From: Salisapilia sapeloensis CBS 127946
Taxonomy: Eukaryota > Protista > Oomycota
NCBI GenBank assembly: GCA_023334545.1
Contig: JAADVB010000167.1
Coordinates: forward strand, 1 to 42,531
DNA length: 42,531 nucleotides
Reading direction: 5' to 3'
A program made the position numbers and the translations under genes. Below the pieces are notes generated by a model. It was given only the letters and a program-made list of their open reading frames with translations. It was not told where the DNA came from and did no database searches. Positions 1 through 10,222 of this stretch are shown piece by piece (position 1 is the first letter of the stretch; every line of letters starts with the position of its first letter).

Positions 1-139
1 AAGGCTATTCGCCTATAAGCATGGAGATGTGGAGATGTTGAGATGTGGAGGATGTATAGGTACGAAAGTGTTTGGAGGACGAAAGAGAGGACGCTCGTTG
101 TAGGAACGAGTGAATCAATGTATAAAATCGTTTGGATTT

Positions 140-790
140 AAGGCCGTGTTCGTGATGCGTACCGATTCGGCATGAACGGGAATTCACATTTTGCAATTTT
201 ATTCATCGTATTCGAATGAGGCAGTTCTGCGCTCGCTGAGAATAGCCCCTTTTGCTTTGCTACTTGCCATTGGAAACCCAACGTACCACTTCAATATAAC
301 GTTTCCTCACTATGTCGAATACAAATGCGAGTGTTCTGTACTGCCAATGAAGATGCGAATTCATATTCTTGGTTTATCTCTGTCTTAGTGTTTGATGCAA
401 TCAGAAGGAAACGATCTTCGAGAAGACTTCAAGGCACGCCTGATGCTCGAAATGTGCAAATTTGAAAAAAACGTGGGAAAGACTCGGTGAGCTCTTCGCT
501 TTTATTTCGGAACAGACAAAGTACAGTGATGGACGAAATAATTGGGAGATTTTTCAATTCGCACTGTACTGCGTCCCAGTAAAACAGCGAAGAGATAAAT
601 GTCGCAAGTAAATCGAATGACACTTCAACCTGAAGAGCTTCCGATGATACGCTCAATATTGTTACCCGCCAATACATGCCGGAGGAGCGGAAAACAAACA
701 TAAATAGGAATAGAAAGGAAGATTGCCACACAATATTACGATGAACCACCAAAGACTTAGGCATTGAGTCTTATTATAGTGCTTGCACGC
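140..790 (+). repeat. Degenerate dispersed repeat, copy 1 (inverted relative to the copy at ~8890-9495)
   Basis: Reverse-complement matches read by eye: 479-507 = 9200-9172 (29 nt exact); 520-544 = 9159-9135 (25 nt exact). Looser blocks: 144-174 ~ 9491-9461 and 760-781 ~ 8918-8897. Ends are approximate. Confidence 0.85.
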
Positions 791-1669
791 TTGTTTTCTT
801 TATGCTTTGAATCTTTTGGATCATGCCCGAATATCCGCTCGACGAACTCGACCTCAGTAACAGTATCTCTTTCACTCGCTCTGTCACAACAGTACAGATT
901 ACATCTATCGACATTGTGTAGAATTGAACATGGTTTCTTGCAAATTATTCCAAGGTTCCATGCATGGATCAATAAAATCCGTTTTTGATTTATCTTCATC
1001 TCCAACATGAGCAGTCACCTTTACAGCATGTACGTTCGCACTTCATACAGTAATTGTGGTCGCTTCCGCCCCACCACAACGGTTCACATTAATGCATTCA
1101 CCACGCATGGAACACATGAAGTAAACTAATAGGTGGAGTGGTGTATCTACCACCAGGACAAGATAGAGGGTAACTCATCGAATCATAAAATAGACAAAAT
1201 TAGCGTCATCTCGTTTCTAATGTGGTGCTTTGAGCATCCAATCCTTCTCTCCAGCTATAAATACATCATTTCTGTGCTGAACGATCTATGTCAACGGAAT
1301 TTGTACTGATCCATGCACAAGACACATACAAACTCTCTCCTACAGCCCCACTTACCCAATCGCTACTATCCGTTCATATGTACAAACCAATAAACAGAAA
1401 GATATCTAAGAATGGCACCAACGCCTAGCTGCTACTTGTGTACTTCCCATCTTTGGATAACGGATGAGGGCATAGCAATATACAAGCTTCCAGACAATGC
1501 AAGAATATACCGTTGAAAACAGATCGAACGGCACCAGAACCAACAGAAACTTAGATCTTGGAGAAGACTAGCCACTCTGTAGGCTTGCCGCTCCAATCAA
1601 TCCTCACTTCTCAACCAGCCACCCCGGGCTCAAGTCCCTTTCTTCATATCTCCAGAGCCGTACATTTAG

Positions 1670-1792
1670 ATGCCAGGCAAAGGGAAAGGAAAGGGTCAAA
1701 AGGATCAGAAGGACCAGAAGGGTCAAAAGGAGGAGGCGGGTAAGAAGGGAGGTGACAAGAAGCAGGGAGGCAAGAAGGGTGGAAAGAAGTGA
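1670..1792 (+). CDS. Putative 40-aa Lys/Gly-rich micro-ORF, or last exon of a larger gene (MPGKGKGKGQKDQKDQKGQKEEAGKKGGDKKQGGKKGGKK)
   Basis: ATG at 1670 to TGA at 1790-1792, with strong AAG/GGN codon periodicity. It is preceded directly by a possible acceptor (tttag) and followed by an AT-rich 3'-UTR-like tract. Below the ORF-track length cutoff. Confidence 0.4.
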   Translation: MPGKGKGKGQKDQKDQKGQKEEAGKKGGDKKQGGKKGGKK

Positions 1793-2222
1793 CCTGCATA
1801 TCCATTTCGCTTTGCTTATATGATCAACTTTCTATCATCGGTTCGATGCAGTTGAGGATCCATGGAGGAATGGAAGCAGACGATAGTTGATTAAAAATGA
1901 AAAAAAGAAATAAAAATTATTTTCTATCAATTGAAAGGGCTGAGACATTTGTTGATCATCTTTATTACTGTCCATGTTGTGGGTGTACGAAGGATGAGCA
2001 TCGATATGTCCGTAGGACTTCGCTGGGCGTCAAATTCTGCTTAGACAGTCATTTAATGTTAGACGACTCATGAGTAGCTTACAAAGTATCCTCATCTTCA
2101 AGTATGTATCTCCGTATATATGATATGTCAAAACATAAACATAGAAATGGAAACCGATCTATGTTTCAAAAGTCATTGGCGTGAGCACGGCCAGCATGCT
2201 CGATACAAACTTTCCCTAAAAC

Positions 2223-3925
2223 CTACTGTTTGCTCTTCTTCTTCCCACGTCCTGTACCTCTGCTTCGTTTCTCCTTCCGAGGTCGCTTCTCACCGACACT
2301 CACCTCCCCTTTGCCAACCGTAATATGGCGTTCCAAACCATCACCGATGCTCACATGTGCAAGCCCCAGTCGCTCAGCGCAATCATGGGCCAAAAGACGC
2401 TCAAAGCTGTTCAAATCTGGAGACAGATGGAGTGGCTCTTGGTCTTCAGACGCATGATAGGCCTCAATCTTCTTCACTAGCGTATGCGAACTATTCTCTG
2501 AGATGGAAGACTGTTTACCAGACGATTGTGCAGGTGTCACCTGCTTGTTGACAGTTGCTGGCTTCTTAGTTATCGTTGCTTTCGGCTTGGGAGCTGGTGG
2601 CGCTTCATCTTCCGACTCAGAGCTAGACTCAGATTCAGACGACACAACGCTCTTCTCGGTCACCTTTGCTTTCGTCACCGTCGGTGCCACCTGCTTGGTC
2701 ACCGTTGTCTTCTTTGTTACCGTTGCCTTAGGCTTGGGAGCTGGTGCCTGCTCTTCCCGCTCCGACTCGGATTCAGATGACACATCATTCTTGTCTGTTG
2801 TATCCTTTGGCTTGGTCGTAAGGGGTGCAGACGTGTTTTTGACGCTGACCTTCTCCACAGAAACTTCCAAGTTGCCACTCTTCTTTGGCGCTTCTACCTC
2901 TTCGTCACTTTCATCGGACGAATCACTTGGTAGCGTCAACCGCGGGACACTATCCACATATTGCAACGGCTGCTTCTCTCCCGTCGACTCGAGAGGTTGC
3001 CGACGATGTTTCTGCAACGTCTTGAAGCGATGGAGATTATCATTACAGGATGCACAGAGCTTGACTTCACAGTCAAGACACTCGACGTTTGCTGCATTCT
3101 CGGTACATTCAGCACACGGATCGTTCGATTGAAGTTTTGTTCGTTGATGCTTGCTCATGACCTTAGACTGATGCACTTGTTCGTTGCATGCATCGCAGTA
3201 CAACGACTCGTCGCATTGGGTGCATTGCCATTGTGCAACACCTTTCCTTTCACATTCAACACAGGTCCTGTCAGCTGGTGTCGTGATCTCTGTAGACTTT
3301 TGGGATGCACTTGGTTGGACGTGAGAGAACTTGCAGGAAGCACCATGTTGGCACTTGCCTAGCATAAAGTATCGACAAGTTGGAGATGACGATTGCTTGG
3401 TGGAAGGTTGCACAGCAGGAGGTTGCGTCGACACACCGACGGATGCGTCAATGTGCGTGTATCTAGCTCGTCGTCAGTACATTACCGCTACATACAAACA
3501 GAAATGCATACTTGCACTTGTCTCCTTGCTTGCATTTGCCAGCTTGATAAGAGCGACAGGGTCTATTCGTCTTCTCAAACGGAGGCACGAACTGGACCGT
3601 AATGGTAGACCCATCAATGATCTACAATGCATACATTATTATACCAAGCACAATAGGCATGCGCATTGATAGAAGCATACCGATTTATCTGCTCCTTCTG
3701 CTGCCTTTGGTGCACTCACTCGTTTCGCAAACACAATATGCCTGTGCATCATCCCGTCAGCATGACTACCGACGATACAATCACATCTATAATAACATAC
3801 GCTCCACCCTTTCCATTCATAGCAACTCGTTGCACCTTTCCATACGCTCTAAAGACATTTCTCAACGTCTCCTCCGTCGTCGTAGGATTCAACTTCTTCA
3901 CTTGCACAGCTCCTTCGGTGCCCAT
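2223..3925 (-). CDS. Multidomain RNA-binding/zinc protein: RRM + 2x CCCH zinc finger + 2x B-box + acidic low-complexity linker + R3H
   Basis: Track ORF 2223-3434 extended upstream through three GT-AG introns (3742-3800, 3622-3680, 3463-3511) to ATG 3925. This gives an RRM (VQVKKLNPTTTEETLRNVFRAYGKV...HIVF...GSTITVQF), CCCH fingers (CRSYQAGKCKQGDKCKYTH; CRYFMLGKCQHGASCKFSH), two B-box patterns (CxxC..CxxC..CxxC..H..H) and an R3H (ERLLAHDCAERLGLAHVSIG). Confidence 0.85.
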
Positions 3926-4019
3926 ACTTTGGTGGATGGCACGAGGTCCGAGGACTTCAAGAATCCGGATATTATACGGATAAACGATCTCTTTTCCATG
4001 TCAATTCGGACTAAAACGC

Positions 4020-4418
4020 ATGGACGAATCGCATCGACATGAGGATGCCGCAGCGTCTACTGCAGCAATAGTCGGTTCTCATACAACCTCTCATGAACCC
4101 ATGGAGGTGGATGGCATGGATCATGTTGAAGATGAAGAAGAAGAAGTGTACATTGTGCTTGAATTAACCGACTTTAACGATCATCCGATTCTCCAGGACA
4201 TGAGTGAGGCGACACTCGAGAACCTCGAGTCGGATGATCCGATCCTAAGCATCGGCGAGTATCGTCTCCATGGCAAACTGACAGAGACAATTGGTACGAA
4301 CTATTTTTACGACACCAGCACATACAGCTACGTCGGTCAGACGTGCAAGAAGCTGACATTCACCATCGCGCCATCGGACGACGATCTTATCTCGCGCATG
4401 GACAAGTCGATCAAATAA
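4020..4418 (+). CDS. GTF3C6: TFIIIC subunit 6 (Tau55/Sfc7-type domain)
   Basis: EEEVYIVLEL...LENLESDDPILSIGEYRLHGKLTETIGTNYFY matches the TFIIIC_sub6 pattern as I recall it; single exon, 132 aa. Confidence 0.7.
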   Translation: MDESHRHEDAAASTAAIVGSHTTSHEPMEVDGMDHVEDEEEEVYIVLELTDFNDHPILQDMSEATLENLESDDPILSIGEYRLHGKLTETIGTNYFYDTSTYSYVGQTCKKLTFTIAPSDDDLISRMDKSIK

Positions 4419-4482
4419 TAAACAGAGAACAAGTAGCGTTTCTAGAGTCCGATGTCGATTTATTTCCATAGAAACCCACGAC

Positions 4483-5214
<732 letters not shown>

Positions 5215-5347
5215 CTCGACTTGCTTCCGTTTGGTTTTGGACCTCAAAATTGCAACTTTTAAGTTAACAACATTTATCCGATATCGTACGTTAGAGTCGT
5301 GAAGCCCAACCAACGAAACAAAAGAATTTGGTCTTTCATACTTGAGC

Positions 5348-6176
5348 ATGCCGGACTTGTCGGAACCGTTCGCATTGTGCACAGTACGACGTTTATTAAG
5401 CATTCTATCTACTTGATAGATACTGAAGCATGTATAGATTCGACAGAATGTTAGTCTAGCACCAGTGCATCAGAGTAACCCACAAGCTGGTATCGATGAA
5501 GAGCTCAGCGGGATGCTCATGCGCTATTCAGATCGATTGGAAGGCGTTGTACTAGCGTTTCAGAAAGTGGCATTGGAAGGCAAGTTGGGGAGTCTCGTGA
5601 ATGACTCGCCGTACGTTCACACGAGCGTACGAGCTGATGCACTCGTCTTCCGACCGCAAGTAGGCATGCTATTGAAAGGACTTGTGAATAAAATCGGAAG
5701 CAATCACATCGGTCTCCTCTTTGCCGGTGTCTTCAATGGCTCCGTCTCGGCGAATGAATTACCCACTGGATACGTCCACAACTACCATGAAGACTCATGG
5801 TACATCCCATTCCACTGTCATCTCTTGTATCGTATTAACAGCCCTCTAGGTTAGCAGAAGACGGATCCGCCATTCGTGTCGATGACCAAGTCATCGTCCA
5901 AGTACAAAAGTAGACTCAGTCTTTCCTATCATATACCAGCTAGATCCTAATCTATCCCTTAGAGTACATGTAGCTGGTGGTGTCATTGCGTTGGAAGCAA
6001 CGATGCGATCGAAGACAGTAGACGAGTACCACGACCCGTCGTCTGTCCAAGAAAACAGTCCTGTTCCATCTCCCACGAAGAAACATGTAAAGGAAAAACG
6101 ACGTCGGGAAGAAGAACAAATTCCATCGCCCAAGAAGCACAAGAAATCGAAAAAGAAGAAACAGCGTCCAAGTTAA
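5348..6176 (+). CDS. RPA43: RNA polymerase I subunit RPA43
   Basis: Introns 5384-5437, 5800-5849 and 5910-5962 give ...[11 protein letters not shown]...[16 protein letters not shown]...[35 protein letters not shown] (Rpb7/A43 tip plus OB fold) and a Lys-rich tail. Confidence 0.85.
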
Positions 6177-7471
6177 TGCATAGAAACCCTACCTTCTAAC
6201 CCTTCCACCACCTTGCATTCTACCTTTGGATCGACCATTTTCCAATGTGGCGATGGCTGGGTCTTATGCCATTTAAAGTCATTCACTTGATGCCACATCC
6301 CCGTCTCTTTCGCCATCCCACATCGTGTCAATTGCGTTTCTAATCCGTCATACTCGAGTCGATATCGTCCGAATTGTAACTGATCACAGTCTTCAATAAT
6401 CGGATGACTGAGAATACGCAAGTGGAACGTCGTCGCACTACTCTTGTGCACTCGAAGCTGTCGACAAGCAGTCGAGATGTCACAACGATCACATTCTTCC
6501 AACCAGACGCTGCCAACGACAGGACCAGTGTAGATAGTACAATTCGTTAATGCATCTGCTCTTAGAGCCGATGTTTCGACACCCACCCAGATGACGCAAT
6601 TACGCAGACGAGAGAAACTCAGGTCGCGACGGTCATCACTATCAAAGGACGTCGCATCCACGATGATGACCTCATCTTTTCGATCTGAAAACACCAGTTC
6701 ATCTAACGTATCCACTTGCTCCAATGCGTTAAAAGAAGGTGATGGGAGACGAGTGCTTGGTGTTGTATGTGTTTCCTTGGCTTTCGCTTTAAAAGTGAAT
6801 TTCTTTCGAGGCGCTAGTGTCGATCGAGTGGTTTCGAGTAGTTCATATAAACGCGAAAGGATACGTTGCGTCTGACGAATGTCATAAGCAGAGAGGTATA
6901 ATCCAGCAGCACTAGCTGCCTGTTCCTGCATCTCATGCACTTTGGTGATTAAAGCTTCCAAGTCGGATGGTTTGGGAACGGTCGAAGCGACCGGGTTCGA
7001 CTTGGCTTCGACTAAACGAGCGACTTCCTTTCGAATGTTAGATTCTTGCTCATGCAACTGCAGCCAAAAAGCTTGAGTGAGCGCATCTGTACTCTCGCCT
7101 GCACCTGTAGTCGCTCGAGCTTCCTGTGCTAACTGTCGACGTCGATCGAGCTCCCGCTTATGCTCTTCCTTTGCGTGTACGATAGATTCTGCGTGATCCA
7201 GCAACACCGGGAACTCTCCGTCTGTATTAATCCTATCGCTACGCACGAATACACCATGCAATGGCGGACAAGAAAAGTATCGCGAGCCATCATGCGAACC
7301 GTCGTTCTTGCCCAGTGGTTTATCCAGTTGGACGCCAATCCATTCTCCACCCGGCAACCCTTCCACAGGACCAATATACGCAATCTCTCCATATCGTTTA
7401 ATACTAGCACGAAGTCCAGATGCATTCGCCCCTGGCTTCGGTAGAAGCTCACATCGACGTCCTAGCTCCAT
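6173..7471 (-). CDS. TBCC: Tubulin-folding cofactor C with N-terminal CAP-Gly domain
   Basis: CAP-Gly ([39 protein letters not shown]); TBCC helical N-domain ending [10 protein letters not shown]; cofactor-C beta-helix with CRQLRVH and [15 protein letters not shown]. Single exon, 432 aa. Confidence 0.9.
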   Translation of the reverse strand: MELGRRCELLPKPGANASGLRASIKRYGEIAYIGPVEGLPGGEWIGVQLDKPLGKNDGSHDGSRYFSCPPLHGVFVRSDRINTDGEFPVLLDHAESIVHAKEEHKRELDRRRQLAQEARATTGAGESTDALTQAFWLQLHEQESNIRKEVARLVEAKSNPVASTVPKPSDLEALITKVHEMQEQAASAAGLYLSAYDIRQTQRILSRLYELLETTRSTLAPRKKFTFKAKAKETHTTPSTRLPSPSFNALEQVDTLDELVFSDRKDEVIIVDATSFDSDDRRDLSFSRLRNCVIWVGVETSALRADALTNCTIYTGPVVGSVWLEECDRCDISTACRQLRVHKSSATTFHLRILSHPIIEDCDQLQFGRYRLEYDGLETQLTRCGMAKETGMWHQVNDFKWHKTQPSPHWKMVDPKVECKVVEGLEGRVSMH

Positions 7472-7550
7472 TTTCGAGCGTTTAGATTTTTCTTGTGAAT
7501 ACTTTCGTCCAATTGTTTTCGGTGGGCCACCTGATTTCTCCCAAGTGGCT

Positions 7551-7566
7551 TCATTTTACCATTTTC
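7551..7566 (+). promoter_or_regulatory. Candidate oomycete Inr+FPR core promoter of the Pro/Gln/Tyr-rich gene
   Basis: TCATTTTACCATTTTC, ending 17 nt before ATG 7584; loose match to TCATTYYNNNWTTT. Confidence 0.45.
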
Positions 7567-7583
7567 AAGCCGAAGAACAGGTC

Positions 7584-8036
7584 ATGGACCCATTCCACCA
7601 CCATAACAAGCACAATCATCATCAGCAAGGGTATCCGCCTCAACAAGGATATCCGCAGCAATATCCTCCTCAACAGGGGTACCCTCCCCAGCAATATCCG
7701 CCTCAACAAGGCTATCCACAGCAGTACCCACCGCAGCAAGGATATCCTCCCCAGCAATACCCTCCGCAGCAGGGCTATCCACCGCAACAATATCCACCTC
7801 AGGGGTATGCTCAGGGACACCACCAACCAGGATATGTGCAGCATCCTGGCGTGATGCACCATGGCGGGCATCACATGGCCCACGGCGGACATCACATGGG
7901 CCATGGCAAGCATGGGAAGCACAAGAAGCACAAGGGATTTAAACACAAGGGGTTTAAAGGATTCAAGCACAAGGGCTTTAAATACAAGGGCTTTAAGAGC
8001 AAGATGGGGAAGAAGGTTAAGAAGTTTTTCAAGTAA
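7584..8036 (+). CDS. Low-complexity 150-aa protein: PPQQGYP(P)QQY repeats, His/Gly tract, KHKGFK-repeat tail
   Basis: ATG 7584 (MDPFHHH); the track start at 7308 runs antisense through TBCC and is unlikely. About five 30-33-nt repeat units lie in 7624-7812 and differ mainly at synonymous positions, which supports this frame. Confidence 0.8.
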   Translation: MDPFHHHNKHNHHQQGYPPQQGYPQQYPPQQGYPPQQYPPQQGYPQQYPPQQGYPPQQYPPQQGYPPQQYPPQGYAQGHHQPGYVQHPGVMHHGGHHMAHGGHHMGHGKHGKHKKHKGFKHKGFKGFKHKGFKYKGFKSKMGKKVKKFFK

Positions 8037-8889
8037 AGACGGACGAGTCTCGGCATGAGAGCAAGGGAGATTCGAGTCAGCTGTAAGAGAAAAACATGAT
8101 TTTTCACGTAGTCGAGTCTTTTGTTTGTATGAATCACGTCAAAAGCTTTTCTGGCCGGCAGATGTACATAGTGAGGTGAAGATAGGCTCTCACCTTTTAT
8201 TGAGAGATTCGCAAGTACTGTTCAATTCATTCATTCGAGTCCGTGTGTCTAAGAGTCATACATCATAAACTTCCTATGGCTGCGAATTCTACGTAGCATA
8301 TCTGGACTGGTAGGATGCAGACGAAGTATGGAGGAGAAAGAAGATGAACATAACGTCATGCGGACGGAGATTCATCACGCATCAAAGTTCGTTTATATAA
8401 AAAGGTGGAAATCCTAGCTAAAAGTCAGGTGAATGCGATAGTGTGAAGTCATTTGGAGCTACAATGAATCACTTTGGAATATGAGTGATGGAATTATTTG
8501 AAGGAATGTGGCTAGATGTATCTCAATGACATTGTTTTTGACTTAAAGCGTCTTGACGATCTCGGACAGTTTGTAGTTGCTCTGGTCAACACAGGACATA
8601 TCTATGTATCAAACATCTCAAGCATGTAAAACCTCTTTATTGACTCCGTTCTGTAATATCGTAACAGCGTTGAAATGAAAACAAAGTTCGATATGACGAT
8701 GCCGAACGTGAACGATACCTGGACACAAGTATCAAGCGTCTTGCATTCATACAATTTAAGTAGCATTTATGTTTTTCCCATGTCTATTTACTTCGACAAA
8801 ACAAATCTTCTTCCTGGCAACATCGAAACATAGACAACAGAAGGGTATACACTAGCCTTTCAGGCCTAATATCCAGTATCACAACAAAC

Positions 8890-9495
8890 ACACAAACACT
8901 GTAATAGGATTCAATGCCTGGGTCTTTGGCGGTTCGTCCTATGCTTACGTCGCAATCTACCTTTCCATTCCTATCCACGTGTATCGTCCGTCCCTCTTTC
9001 TTGTCTTCGGCGGGGAACGGTGTCGAGCTTATCCACAAAGTCCTTCAGGTTGAAGCGTCATTCGATTTACTTGCGCTATTGAGCTCTTCGCCATTTCAGT
9101 GGGACGGTGTACAGTGCGTATCGCCAATATCGCTCAATTATTTCGTCCATCACTGTACTCTGTATGTTCCAAAATAAAAGCGAAGAGCTCACCGAGTCTT
9201 ACGCGTTTTTTTTTCTTCAAATGTGTACATTTCAAGCACCAGGCGTGACTGGACGTCTTCTCGAAAATGAGTTCCGCTTAATTACACCCAAGACGAACGA
9301 TCACTTGCTTTTGTACTCCGAGTTTTGTGGGAAAGTTAAATTGTAGTGCTATGTTGGGTATTCGATGGCAAGTGGCAAAGCAAAATCGGCAATTCTCAAC
9401 GACCGCAGAGTTTGCCCATTCGATTATCACGAACAGAATTACCAAAGATATTCACCTGACCATGCCGGATCGGTACTCAGCGCAAGCACGGTCTA
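8890..9495 (-). repeat. Degenerate dispersed repeat, copy 2 (inverted homologue of ~140-790)
   Basis: Same anchors as copy 1. This copy lacks about 45 nt present in copy 1 near 335-380, and both copies contain in-frame stops in the best shared frame. Confidence 0.85.
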
Positions 9496-10222
9496 AAAGA
9501 AGAATTTATGGTATTTATAGCCCGAAATGCCTCCCTGTAGCAACGCTGGCTCTTATTTCGACTGCACAATGGTCGCAGCACGAAGAGTTGTACTATCCCC
9601 TGCGTAGTAGATCTATGGAAACGAACAATGTATCTTGTTGCAACATGCATCGACATTTGTTGAAGATAGCGATTAAAGATACATCAGGCGTGTATTAAAT
9701 ACGGTAGCAGCACCTCTACAGGCATATCTCCATTCGCTCAAGTAAGGATACATCCAACTACAGTGCCACTTGACTACCTCTTTCAAGCACATCCCCTCAC
9801 GTCTTCAACTTCTTATAAGGCAGTTGCAAGAAGTACCTCAACACCAGAAGGAATGTAGGTACACCAGCAACGACAGATCAGATACTGCCAGCGCATCCAT
9901 ATCCCATCTACATCCACTCGTCATGCGACAGCATATCCTACGTCATCTCTAGTCATGCTATAAAGGAATGCATCTACATACATACATCCAGGTTATCCAC
10001 CACTACTCCTACAGAAGACTACCACCATTCCCTACTGTCTACTCTACACAATCGACTCGTCGACACCCATGCAACCTACCTCCTCGTGCCGCCAACAGAT
10101 CTCTGATACCCCCAACTTCAAGCGAAAGATGTGCACGTGTTGCACCCTCTCCTCCAATCTTCAATTCGCACCTCTCGTTTCCTCCAATCCCCTTCTAACC
10201 TCCGACACTTTATATTTCCGCC

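Noticed and set aside
23-55. Four imperfect GGAGATGT units
   Set aside because: Short simple repeat with no spacers or structure; not CRISPR-like or telomeric.
1412-1792. Idea that in-frame stops here and at 33950-34992 indicate stop-codon reassignment or readthrough
   Set aside because: Well-supported genes in the window end in TAA, TAG and TGA, and three stops in 127 codons is not unusual by chance.
2503-3132. 209-aa plus-strand ORF with hydrophobic-looking repeats
   Set aside because: Antisense shadow of the Lys/Thr/Ser/Glu-rich linker of the B-box/R3H gene.
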